From assembly GCA_030425905.1 (NCBI GenBank), contig JAUHZT010000001.1, positions 17,572 to 81,571 on the forward strand: DNA of 64,000 nucleotides, written 5' to 3'. Under the pieces are notes generated by a model. The model ran no database searches, was not told the origin of the DNA, and saw nothing but the letters and a program-made list of their open reading frames with translations. Each line of letters opens with the position of its first letter. The stretch's first letter is position 1. The DNA comes from Gammaproteobacteria bacterium. GTDB taxonomy: Bacteria > Pseudomonadota > Gammaproteobacteria > Steroidobacterales > Woeseiaceae. Positions 54,380-63,600 of the stretch are shown one piece after another. The position numbers were made by a program, and so were the translations under genes.

Positions 54380-54456
54380 AAATCATCTTCCGAATACAGA
54401 TAGTCGGCGTGCACACCCACTCGCGTGGGCGCGCACGAACTCAAGGAAAAAATGAA

Positions 54457-54798
54457 TTAGGCGTTGGGGGGAGGCGTCGGAGGAGCTTGCGAAAAGTTGA
54501 GTACAAACTCAGAACGACCGACGGTATGCTCGCTTGCCACAAACGACGTTGTCATTGACGTGAATTGGCCGGTGACGCCGGCCGAGTGGCCGTGACAGCA
54601 GTGCTTGCAATGCTCATCGTCGAGGTCGACGCTTGACGTTTCGTCTTCATGGTCTTCAAGAGAATGGCCGAACTCGCTCTCATGGGCTGCCACATCGTCA
54701 GCGTGCGGCAAGCCGCCGTCGATCAGCAGATCCGCGGCACTCTCCACGCTCGTGAAAAGCACAGAAATCGAGACCAATATGTACCAAAAGGACTTCAT
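54457..54798 (-). CDS. Small secreted His/Cys/acidic-rich protein in the czcI position
   Basis: 113 aa with signal peptide MKSFWYILVSISVLFTSVESA. Motifs HESEFGHSLEDHEDE and HCKHCCHGH. Lies directly upstream of czcC copy 2. Confidence 0.6.
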   Translation of the reverse strand: MKSFWYILVSISVLFTSVESAADLLIDGGLPHADDVAAHESEFGHSLEDHEDETSSVDLDDEHCKHCCHGHSAGVTGQFTSMTTSFVASEHTVGRSEFVLNFSQAPPTPPPNA

Positions 54799-54976
54799 AG
54801 CGCCGCAATACTACCCCAATTTTTGCGGAAATTGTGGAATCGGGTTCACATTCGCCGAGCGGCGCACGTAGTTCCGTTCGTGCCAACCACACTACATCAG
54901 GCGCCACGCTGACAAAGGCCCTGTTCGATACAAGCAGAGTTCACACAATCTGTGCGAAAATTTCCACGATGCGATG

Positions 54977-56275
54977 TCAATCGCCGCGCCTCTGCGCCAG
55001 GTAGTAGCGCTCGAAGCCAAAAATCGCGACGATCGACGAAACGGCGATCATTACGATCAGTGGATCCGCGCCGCCCTTGATGACTAAGAATGCGACCAGC
55101 GCCAGCGCATCGAGCACGATTGCCGTCATCAGGACCCAGGCGCTCGCATTGACGTCAGCTTTGAGGTGACGCCAAACACCCCAGTGTATGGCGATATCCA
55201 TGACAAGATAGTAAATCGCGCCAAGCGATGCGATCCGGCTCAGGTCGAAAAATGCTGCAAGAAAAGCAGCCAGCACGACCGTATACACCAGCGTGTGTTT
55301 CTGGATGCCGCCCGGCATCCCGAAGTGGCGATGCGGAATGATGTCCATATTGGTCAGCATCGCAAGCATGCGCGAGACGGCGAATACGCTCGCCAGCAAC
55401 CCTGAGCTGGTGGCTACGATCGCTATCGCGACCGTGAACCACACACCATAGTCGCCCATCGCCGGTCGTGCCGCTTCTGCCAATGAATAGTCCTTGGCCC
55501 TGACAATCTCTTCGACGGTCAAGGTTGATCCGACGCCAAAGGCGACTAGCATGTAGACAACGACGCAGATTCCGAGCGAGATCACGATCGCCCGTCCGAC
55601 GTTTTTGTGCGGGTCGACAACCTCGTCGCCGCTATTCGTTATGGTCGTAAATCCCTTGTAAGCGAGAATCGCCAATGCGACGCCGGCGAGAAACCCGGTC
55701 GCCGAAGTATCATCAATCACGCCACCAGTTGCCGGCTCGAAAGACCAGCCGGCGGCCCACAGGGCTGTTGTCGCGAAACCAAGTATTCCGAGGATCTTGA
55801 CGACGGCAGTAACCTTGGAAACCGCGCCGATCAGCCGATTGCCGGCGATGTTTATAAGGAACGCGACAACGATCAGCCCGACCGCAAGCGCCGAGACCAG
55901 CCAGCCGAGGTTTTTGGCGTCGAATAATTGCAGCGTGTAGGTACCGAAAGTTCGGGCGACCAGGCTTTCGTTGATGATCATCGAAAATGCCATCAGCAGC
56001 GCGCTGGCGCCGGTCATTATGGTCTTGCCGTAGGCCTTCTGCAGAATCATCGCGATGCCGCCAGCCGACGGGTACTTGCTGGTTACCTTTATGTAGGTGT
56101 ACGCGCTGAATCCGCTGATGATGGCCGCCAGCAGGAACGCCGCCGGAAACAGTGGACCGGCGTATTCCGCGACCTGACCGGTTAGTGCAAAAATACCGGC
56201 GCCAATCATCACGCCGGTACCCATCGCAACTGTCGCCGTCAGTGACAAGCTGCCCAATTTATAGTTATCGCTCAT
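54977..56275 (-). CDS. APC-superfamily amino acid/polyamine permease
   Basis: 432 aa with about 12 TM segments. N-terminal GTGVMIGAGIFALTG is typical of APC permeases. Confidence 0.85.
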   Translation of the reverse strand: MSDNYKLGSLSLTATVAMGTGVMIGAGIFALTGQVAEYAGPLFPAAFLLAAIISGFSAYTYIKVTSKYPSAGGIAMILQKAYGKTIMTGASALLMAFSMIINESLVARTFGTYTLQLFDAKNLGWLVSALAVGLIVVAFLINIAGNRLIGAVSKVTAVVKILGILGFATTALWAAGWSFEPATGGVIDDTSATGFLAGVALAILAYKGFTTITNSGDEVVDPHKNVGRAIVISLGICVVVYMLVAFGVGSTLTVEEIVRAKDYSLAEAARPAMGDYGVWFTVAIAIVATSSGLLASVFAVSRMLAMLTNMDIIPHRHFGMPGGIQKHTLVYTVVLAAFLAAFFDLSRIASLGAIYYLVMDIAIHWGVWRHLKADVNASAWVLMTAIVLDALALVAFLVIKGGADPLIVMIAVSSIVAIFGFERYYLAQRRGD

Positions 56276-56303
56276 GTCAAAGACATTGTGTCAGTTACTT
56301 TCT

Positions 56304-58526
56304 TCAGAGTTTCAGGCGGCGCAGCCTGAGCGCGTTGCCGATCACCGACACCGAGCTCAGACTCATTGCCGCGGCTGCAATCATCGGGCTCAATAGCAAC
56401 CCGAATACCGGGTACAACACGCCGGCCGCAATGGGAATTCCCGCCGTGTTATAGGCGAACGCAAAGAACAGGTTCTGGCGAATATTTCGCATTGTTTGCT
56501 GACTCAGCTCACGTGCCTTGGCGACGCCCAGCAGGTCGCCACGAACCAGCGTCACGCTAGCGCTTTCCATGGCCACGTCGGTGCCGGTTCCCATCGCAAT
56601 GCCGACGTTCGCCTGCGCCAGTGCCGGCGCATCGTTGATACCGTCTCCCGCCATCGCGACGATGGCGCCATTTTCTTGCAGCTCCCGGACAACACGATTC
56701 TTGTCTTCCGGAGACACGTCGGCATGCACTTCGTCGATACCGATCTGGCGAGCGACCGCATTCGCCGTGCCCTCGCTGTCACCGGTCAGCATCACAACCT
56801 TGAGCCCGGCGTCATGCAACATTTGGATGGCCCTTGGAGTTGATTCCTTAATCGGATCCGCGACACCGATAATACCGGCAGCCTTTTTGTCGACCGCGAC
56901 GAACATGACGGTCTGGCCTTTGGCACGATACTTTTCAGCCGCTTCAGCCAGCGACTTGTCCTCGGCGTCCAGACGCCGCATGAACTTGCCGTTGCCAATG
57001 GCGACCACCCGATCGCCGACGCGTGCGCTTGCGCCCTCGCCCGTGACCGACTCGAAACCAGTCGCGGAACTCATGCTCAGTGACCGCTTTTCTGCTGCTG
57101 CGACGATAGCCTGTGCCAACGGATGCTCGCTGGCTTTCTCGACTGACGCGACCAGGGCCAGCAGTGATTCTTCGTCGTACTCACTGGCAGGCTCGATCAT
57201 AACCAGTTCGGGGCGGCCTTCGGTCAACGTACCGGTTTTGTCGACCACGACCGTATCGACCTTCTCGAAAGTCTCCAGCGCTTCGGCATTCTTGATGAGT
57301 ATGCCGTGCCGGGCGCCCTTGCCGGTGCCGACCATAATGGACATTGGCGTCGCGAGCCCGAGCGCACAGGGACAGGCGATGATCAGCACGGCAACCGCAT
57401 TGACGATAGCATAGGCCATGGCGGGCTCTGGTCCCCAGATGGACCAGACTACAAAGGTAACAATAGCCGTCACGACAACCGCCGGCACGAACCACGCCGC
57501 GACAAGGTCGACCAACTTCTGGATCGGAGCACGACTGCGTTGTGCTTCGGCAACCATGCGCACGATCTGCGACAAGAGAGTGTCGTCGCCGACCTGCGTC
57601 ACTTCCATGATCAGGCTGCCGGTGCCGTTGACGGTGCCGCCAACAACATCGTCGCCCGCGGTCTTCTCAACCGGAATTGGCTCACCGCTGATCATCGACT
57701 CGTCGACGGAGCTGTGTCCCTCGGTCACTTTGCCGTCGACCGGAACCTTCTCGCCGGGTTTTACTCGCAGGCGATCGCCGGGCGCGAGATCGTCCAGTGA
57801 CACCTCCTCCTCGCTGCCGTCATGGTTGATTCGCCGCGCAGTTGGCGGCGCCAATTCCAGCAATGCACGAATGGCACCTGACGTTCGGCTCCGTGCCTTC
57901 AGCTCGAGCACCTGGCCCAGCAGGACGAGCGTCGTGATGACGGCCGCCGCTTCATAGTAAAGCGCAACTTCGCCGGCATGATTCCGAAATGCATCGGGGA
58001 AAATTCCGGGAAATGTCGTCGCGACGAGCGAGTAGACGAACGCCACGCCGACGCCCAGCGCGATCAGGGTGAACATATTGAGATTCATCGTGCGAACCGA
58101 ATGCCAGCCGCGCACGAAAAACGGCCAGCCACCCCAGAACACGACTGGCGCCGCCAGCGCCAGTTGCAGCCACTGGCTCCATGCGACTGGCAACAGGTGC
58201 GCCAGCGGTTGTCCCGGGATCATCTCGGCCATGGCATAGACGAACAGCGGGAGCGTCAAAACAGCACTAATCCAAAACCGGCGCGTCATGTCATCGAGTT
58301 CGGACGTATCTTCTTCCGCACTCACAACCACCGGTTCCAGCGCCATGCCGCATTTGGGGCAACTGCCGGGTTTATCGCGAACGATCTCCGGGTGCATCGG
58401 GCAGGTGTATTGCGTTCGTTTCACGGCAATGTCGGCGCGCTCGAGCGCCATGCCGCATTTCGGGCAGCTGCCCGGCTGATCGGACTTCACTTCGGGGTGC
58501 ATCGGACAGGTATAAATGGCGCTCAT
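56304..58526 (-). CDS. copA: Copper-translocating P1B-1 ATPase with two N-terminal YTCPMHPE...CPKCGMALE metal-binding modules
   Basis: 740 aa. Motifs [30 protein letters not shown] and [10 protein letters not shown]. Two tandem Cys4-type N-terminal modules replace the HMA CxxC domains. Confidence 0.92.
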   Translation of the reverse strand: MSAIYTCPMHPEVKSDQPGSCPKCGMALERADIAVKRTQYTCPMHPEIVRDKPGSCPKCGMALEPVVVSAEEDTSELDDMTRRFWISAVLTLPLFVYAMAEMIPGQPLAHLLPVAWSQWLQLALAAPVVFWGGWPFFVRGWHSVRTMNLNMFTLIALGVGVAFVYSLVATTFPGIFPDAFRNHAGEVALYYEAAAVITTLVLLGQVLELKARSRTSGAIRALLELAPPTARRINHDGSEEEVSLDDLAPGDRLRVKPGEKVPVDGKVTEGHSSVDESMISGEPIPVEKTAGDDVVGGTVNGTGSLIMEVTQVGDDTLLSQIVRMVAEAQRSRAPIQKLVDLVAAWFVPAVVVTAIVTFVVWSIWGPEPAMAYAIVNAVAVLIIACPCALGLATPMSIMVGTGKGARHGILIKNAEALETFEKVDTVVVDKTGTLTEGRPELVMIEPASEYDEESLLALVASVEKASEHPLAQAIVAAAEKRSLSMSSATGFESVTGEGASARVGDRVVAIGNGKFMRRLDAEDKSLAEAAEKYRAKGQTVMFVAVDKKAAGIIGVADPIKESTPRAIQMLHDAGLKVVMLTGDSEGTANAVARQIGIDEVHADVSPEDKNRVVRELQENGAIVAMAGDGINDAPALAQANVGIAMGTGTDVAMESASVTLVRGDLLGVAKARELSQQTMRNIRQNLFFAFAYNTAGIPIAAGVLYPVFGLLLSPMIAAAAMSLSSVSVIGNALRLRRLKL

Positions 58527-58918
58527 GATTCGCTCCTTTCAAGGTCGTGCAGTATCGGGCAGTCGGGACGTTTGTCGCCGTCGCAGCGATCGGCCAGGTG
58601 CTGCAAGGTATCGACCATCGCCTGCAGTTCGCCGATCTTTTCCCGTAGTTCGTCGAGGTGTGTCTCGACGAGTCGCTTGACATCGGCACTGCTACGGCCC
58701 TGGTCCTGCCAAAGCGCGAGTAGCGCCGAGATCTTCGGCACAGAAAAACCAAGGCGGCGAGCCCGCCGGATAAAGCTCAATGTGTGCAGATCGTCCCGGT
58801 CAAACACCCGGTAGCCCGAGGCGCTGCGTTTCGACTTGCCGAGCAACCCGATCTGTTCGTAATAGCGAATGCGTTTCGCGGACACGCCTGTGGCGGCCGC
58901 CGCTTGTCCGATGTTCAT
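58523..58918 (-). CDS. cueR: Cu(I)-responsive MerR-family regulator CueR
   Basis: Start [26 protein letters not shown] at 58918. C-terminal [11 protein letters not shown] is a C-x7-C loop. ATGA overlap with copA. Confidence 0.88.
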   Translation of the reverse strand: MNIGQAAAATGVSAKRIRYYEQIGLLGKSKRSASGYRVFDRDDLHTLSFIRRARRLGFSVPKISALLALWQDQGRSSADVKRLVETHLDELREKIGELQAMVDTLQHLADRCDGDKRPDCPILHDLERSES

Positions 58919-58964
58919 AGGAATTACCCTCCGTTCACCGTCATCGATTGACGGTAACGGCACG

Positions 58965-58995
58965 ATCCTACACCTTCCCATTATGGGAAGGTCAA
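58965..58995 (-). promoter_or_regulatory. CueR-type promoter/operator: -35 TTGACC, dyad ACCTTCCCAT-A-ATGGGAAGGT, -10 TAGGAT, 19-bp spacer
   Basis: The minus strand reads CTTGACCTTCCCATAATGGGAAGGTGTAGGAT, very close to the E. coli copA promoter architecture as remembered. Drives cueR-copA. Confidence 0.7.
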
Positions 58996-59170
58996 GCTTT
59001 TTTCGATCGCAAACCCGGCGCCCCACGGCCTCGCCACAACAGGAACAAGACCGGAATAACGATCTGAGTCAGTACGGTGGCGCTGATTGGGATATATGTC
59101 CGTACCGGCGCCGTACATCACCTGTCGGTTTCATGTCCGAGCCTAAATTGAGCTTTGCCCTCATAGCGCG

Positions 59171-59204
59171 TATATTACCTGTCTAGACAAGTCTAGGTAA
59201 TATA
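59171..59204 (+). promoter_or_regulatory. Nested inverted repeats upstream of hutU containing GTCTAGAC (fits the GntR/HutC-type GT-n-TA-n-AC operator)
   Basis: Arms TATATTACCT (59171-59180) and AGGTAATATA (59195-59204) flank gtctagacaagtct. GTCTAGAC lies at 59181-59188. Confidence 0.5.
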
Positions 59205-59268
59205 GGTGGCGCCAATTGCGAGATCTGTCCTGACGCAATTGGCACCGATGAATGGAGAGGACGATCTC

Positions 59269-60945
59269 ATGCCCGCACCTGCACTTGAATCTGTATCAAC
59301 TATTGTTGCGCCAACCGGATCGCAGCTCAATGCTAAACAGTGGACCACCGAGGCAGCGCTCAGGATGTTGATGAATAACTTGCACCCTGATGTCGCGGAG
59401 CGTCCTGAGGATCTTGTTGTGTATGGCGGGATCGGAAAGGCCGCTCGAAACTGGGACTGCTACCACAAGATCGTTGAGGCCCTGATTGACCTGGAGGCAG
59501 ACGAGACGCTGATGATTCAAAGCGGCAAGCCGGTGTTCGTGGCCAAAACCACCGTAGATGCCCCACGCGTGCTGATCGCCAATTCGAATCTCGTGCCGCA
59601 TTGGTCTAGTTGGGACACATTCAATGATCTCGACAAAGCGGGGCTGATGATGTTCGGTCAGATGACCGCTGGGTCGTGGATCTACATTGGCAGCCAGGGA
59701 ATAGTTCAAGGCACCTATGAAACATTCGTCGAGATGGCACGCCAGCACTTCGACGGAGACCTCACTGGCAACTGGATTTTGACGGCTGGCCTGGGTGGAA
59801 TGGGCGGCGCCCAACCTCTCGCCGCTTCACTCGCCGGCGCCTGCAGCTTGAATATCGAATGCCAGGAGAGTCGCATCGATTTTCGGTTGCGCACCGGATA
59901 TCTCGACTATAAAGCGACCTCCGTGAGCGACGCGATGGTATTGATCGAAAATCTTGTCTCGGCCGGTGAAGCCAAGTCGGTGGGATTGCTCGGAAATGCA
60001 GGCGAAATCTTGCCTAAAATGCTGGAACTCGGAATCAGACCTGACGCCGTTACCGATCAGACATCCGCTCATGACCCGGCACACGGATACTTGCCGATCG
60101 GGTGGACTGTAGAGCAATGGCTGGACAAACAAGACAATAACAAGGCGCTGGTCGCTCGCGAGGCAAAAGCGTCGATGGCGGTCCATGTCCGGGCAATGCT
60201 CGAATTTCATCGGCTGGGAATCCCCGTGTTCGACTACGGTAATAACATTCGGCAAGTGGCCAAGGACGAAGGTGTCGATGATGCATTTGACTTTCCGGGC
60301 TTTGTGCCGGCCTATATACGGCCGCTATTTTGCCGCGGCATTGGGCCTTTTCGCTGGGTTGCCCTGAGCGGCGATCCCGAGGACATTTACAAGACGGACG
60401 AAAAGGTCAAGGAGTTAATTCCAGATGACCCGCACCTGCACCAATGGCTGGACCTGGCGCGTGATCGAATTCAGTTTCAGGGATTGCCGGCCAGAATCTG
60501 TTGGGTCGGTCTCGGACAACGTCATCGATTGGGAATGGCGTTCAACGATATGGTCGCCAGCGGTGAACTAAGTGCCCCCATCGTGATCGGTAGGGACCAC
60601 TTGGACAGCGGTTCCGTTGCAAGCCCCAACCGGGAAACCGAGGCCATGAGGGACGGTAGCGATGCAGTGTCCGACTGGCCATTGCTGAATGCCCTTTTGA
60701 ACACAGCTAGTGGTGCCACCTGGGTTTCGATTCACCATGGTGGTGGTGTCGGAATGGGTTATTCACAACATGCCGGAGTGGTCATCGTGGCCGATGGATC
60801 GGATGCTGCCGCGGCTCGCCTGAAGAGGGTATTGTGGAATGATCCGGCCTCTGGCGTGTACCGACACGCTGATGCAGGGTATCAGGACGCCATTGATTGC
60901 GCCAAACAACATGGCTTGCGGCTACCGATGATTCCAGACGAATAG
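59269..60945 (+). CDS. hutU: Urocanate hydratase
   Basis: Start [25 protein letters not shown]. ...[54 protein letters not shown] is the classic HutU core. Confidence 0.93.
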   Translation: MPAPALESVSTIVAPTGSQLNAKQWTTEAALRMLMNNLHPDVAERPEDLVVYGGIGKAARNWDCYHKIVEALIDLEADETLMIQSGKPVFVAKTTVDAPRVLIANSNLVPHWSSWDTFNDLDKAGLMMFGQMTAGSWIYIGSQGIVQGTYETFVEMARQHFDGDLTGNWILTAGLGGMGGAQPLAASLAGACSLNIECQESRIDFRLRTGYLDYKATSVSDAMVLIENLVSAGEAKSVGLLGNAGEILPKMLELGIRPDAVTDQTSAHDPAHGYLPIGWTVEQWLDKQDNNKALVAREAKASMAVHVRAMLEFHRLGIPVFDYGNNIRQVAKDEGVDDAFDFPGFVPAYIRPLFCRGIGPFRWVALSGDPEDIYKTDEKVKELIPDDPHLHQWLDLARDRIQFQGLPARICWVGLGQRHRLGMAFNDMVASGELSAPIVIGRDHLDSGSVASPNRETEAMRDGSDAVSDWPLLNALLNTASGATWVSIHHGGGVGMGYSQHAGVVIVADGSDAAAARLKRVLWNDPASGVYRHADAGYQDAIDCAKQHGLRLPMIPDE

Positions 60946-60960
60946 CACAACGTCGTCGAA

Positions 60961-61689
60961 TCAGTCCCCCATTGTGCCAATCAACTCGTAGGTGTCTCCA
61001 GGATGGCTGAGTTCCACCAGGCTGACGGGTCGTCCCTCGGTCCAGGTTCTGCGCTTTATAACGAGGCATGGCTCACTGTGAGCCATCTGCAATAGCCCAC
61101 GCACTTCGTCGGATGGCATGACCGCCCTGATTATGTGCTCCGCGGTGTGCAACGGAGCTACCTGGGTCAAATAGGAATTTGGCGTTATTCCGGTGAAATC
61201 CATTTTCAGGTAATCCGGTGCCAATGTAGGACAGACGTAGCGATCCTCATGTTGTATAGGACGCCCGCTTTCCAGGTGCAGGATTACCGAATGAAACAGT
61301 CTTGCGCCCGGCCTCAACTCCAATCGCTCGGCCAACCGCCCGTCCGCCGACACTTCCTCAAGTGCAACCACGGTTGCCGAATGTTCGTGCCCTCGCGCCC
61401 GAATCTCGTCAGCGATATTCCGAACTTTTAGCACATCCGAATGCGGTCGCGAGTCGGCAACAAACGTGCCAACGCCGGCAAGTCTGGTCACGTAGCCATC
61501 CTCTGCCAATTCGCGTAGCGCCCGATGCACGGTCATGCGGGCGACACCCAGCGATTTAACCAATTCATTTTCGGATGGAACGCGATCCCTAGCCTTTAGA
61601 TCGCCGCTGTTAATCATTGCGATAACGTAATCCATGACCTGGCGATATCTGGGTTGTGCTTTTCTAAGAGTCGCAAAGTTCTTGTTCAT
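60961..61689 (-). CDS. hutC: Histidine utilisation repressor, GntR/HutC family (HTH plus UTRA)
   Basis: Start MNKNFATLRKAQPRYRQVMDYV... and RVPSENELVKSLGVARMTVHRALRELAEDGYVTRLAGVGTFVA. Confidence 0.85.
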   Translation of the reverse strand: MNKNFATLRKAQPRYRQVMDYVIAMINSGDLKARDRVPSENELVKSLGVARMTVHRALRELAEDGYVTRLAGVGTFVADSRPHSDVLKVRNIADEIRARGHEHSATVVALEEVSADGRLAERLELRPGARLFHSVILHLESGRPIQHEDRYVCPTLAPDYLKMDFTGITPNSYLTQVAPLHTAEHIIRAVMPSDEVRGLLQMAHSEPCLVIKRRTWTEGRPVSLVELSHPGDTYELIGTMGD

Positions 61690-61737
61690 CTTTCCTTCCC
61701 CAATCCATCCGCGAAGACCAGCCACCTCATACGCTCG

Positions 61738-63600
61738 TTATATTCCGAAATCGTCAAAAAATACTTGCGTCGCGGGCACACCAAACTCTGTCAACAATTG
61801 ACGCGTTGCCGCCAGCATAGGCGGCGGCCCACAAATGTAATACTCAAAATCACGATAACGGTTGGTGTCAAGCAACACGCTTTTACGTACCTGTTCGTGA
61901 ACGAATCCAGTCGCTCCGGACCAGTTCGAATCTACTCGATTGCCGGACAATACCACGTGCCAACGAAATCTTTCGTACCTATCTTGCAGTTCATTGAACT
62001 CATCAACGTAGAAAAGATCATCCTCGCCGCGCGCGCCGTACCAAAATTCAATGCGTCGGCTAGAGCCGCTTTGCTGCAACTGATCACGAATAATTGCTCG
62101 TAGCGGTGCCATGCCCGCGCCACCCCCAATTACGATCATGTGGGCGTCGTTGTCGGTCGCATGGAAGTCTCCAAGGGGGCCGACAACCTGCAATGCGTCG
62201 CCATCTTTGAGATTCCACATAAACCCAGACCCGACGCCGGCATCCCTCACCGATTCGTCCGGTGGGGGCATGAAGCGCACATTCAACACAATTTGCCCCG
62301 CACTCTCGTCACAGGGCAAAGCCAGCGAATAGGCACGTCGGATTTCATCTTTGCTTCGGCTCGTACTGCCACCGTTATAGCCCGGCCAAATCTGCTGAAT
62401 ACTGCTTGCGGTCGGCGATTCATCAAATCGAATTTCGTGCGGCGGCATGATGACGTGCACGAAAGCGCCGGCACGATAAGAGAAGTGTTTGTCATCTGAC
62501 TTCAATACAATTTCACGGATGTGCGGCGTCAATAAGCGGGTATGGGCAACAGTACATTCGAGCGTTTCCGCAGCGAGCACTTCACCCGGAATACCCACTT
62601 GCATGCCGTCAATGACCCGAGCCTGGCATGAAAGTCTTGCGCCGGATTGTCGTTCGTGCTCCGCAAGCCGTGCCCTGTCGGCGGCAGTTTCTGGCGACGA
62701 CGGCTCCAATTCAACGACGCACAGCCCGCAGGTTCCACCGCCGCCACAGTTTGATGGCAACACGATATCTTCCTTGGCCAGTTCGTCATAAAGGGTCGAG
62801 CCCGCTGTAGCACTAAGCCTTGAAATGACCTCGCCGTGCGGTGCGTGCACGGTTACGCTCGCAAGTCGGCGGCCAAACTGCCCTGGCAGCAAGCCGAGAA
62901 ACTCACTCTTGTTGAAGCTGTTGAAAAGCAATATTACACCGGTGATCGATAACCAAGTGGCGCTCAGAGCGAAGATGATCGCCAGTGCGTTGTTGAAGTC
63001 CTCTCGATTTTGGTAGTCCATAATGTGGAGCATCCAAAAGATATCAAACAGCCTCCAGGTCGAGTTGCGGCGCTCCAGCACAGCGCCGTCCTGACCCGAC
63101 ACATAAATCGACGTTTCATCCGCGTCGTCGAAGTCGACCCGCCAGACCTTCCCTTTGTGACGACGAACCTCCATGGACGGCGCCTGTACCTCGGTTATGC
63201 TGGTGATCTGGCCAGTCCCGGCATAGTCCCGATTCGCGACGTCCCGGGCGATCGAAGCGTCGATTTCAATAGCCGACCCTGTTGAGGCGTCAAACAAGCG
63301 GGTCTCGGTCGACGTGGCAACTCGATAAACTGGCCGGCCAATGAGCCTTTGCAGTTTCAGCCCTTCAACTGCAACATCATCAGGTAATTGCGAGATAACA
63401 GCCCCCGGCCCAATCAACGCGGTCTCAGCTGCTTGTATTGGCACCGGTATGTGGTGCGCCAGATTGTTGTGCCCTTGCACTTTTTCGTGCTCAAGCAAGC
63501 CCATCATCAGGCCACTCAGCATCCAGATCGCGACCTGAAGCCCGATCGCAAGACCAAACCACTTATGTAGTTTTCGGAGCAGAATCATCGAACGATCCAT
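61738..63600 (-). CDS. Fusion protein: PepSY-associated TM domain plus NqrF-type 2Fe-2S ferredoxin/FAD/NAD(P)H oxidoreductase
   Basis: N-terminus: LRKLHKWFGL... and FWMLHIMDY. Middle: NCGGGGTCGLC (2Fe-2S). Also RRAYSLA (FAD) and VIGGGAGMAP (NAD). Start uncertain (63588-63624). Confidence 0.8.
   Translation of the reverse strand: MDRSMILLRKLHKWFGLAIGLQVAIWMLSGLMMGLLEHEKVQGHNNLAHHIPVPIQAAETALIGPGAVISQLPDDVAVEGLKLQRLIGRPVYRVATSTETRLFDASTGSAIEIDASIARDVANRDYAGTGQITSITEVQAPSMEVRRHKGKVWRVDFDDADETSIYVSGQDGAVLERRNSTWRLFDIFWMLHIMDYQNREDFNNALAIIFALSATWLSITGVILLFNSFNKSEFLGLLPGQFGRRLASVTVHAPHGEVISRLSATAGSTLYDELAKEDIVLPSNCGGGGTCGLCVVELEPSSPETAADRARLAEHERQSGARLSCQARVIDGMQVGIPGEVLAAETLECTVAHTRLLTPHIREIVLKSDDKHFSYRAGAFVHVIMPPHEIRFDESPTASSIQQIWPGYNGGSTSRSKDEIRRAYSLALPCDESAGQIVLNVRFMPPPDESVRDAGVGSGFMWNLKDGDALQVVGPLGDFHATDNDAHMIVIGGGAGMAPLRAIIRDQLQQSGSSRRIEFWYGARGEDDLFYVDEFNELQDRYERFRWHVVLSGNRVDSNWSGATGFVHEQVRKSVLLDTNRYRDFEYYICGPPPMLAATRQLLTEFGVPATQVFFDDFGI

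Noticed and set aside
59296-59814. 172-aa minus-strand ORF
   Set aside because: It is antisense to hutU, whose plus-strand translation is unmistakable.
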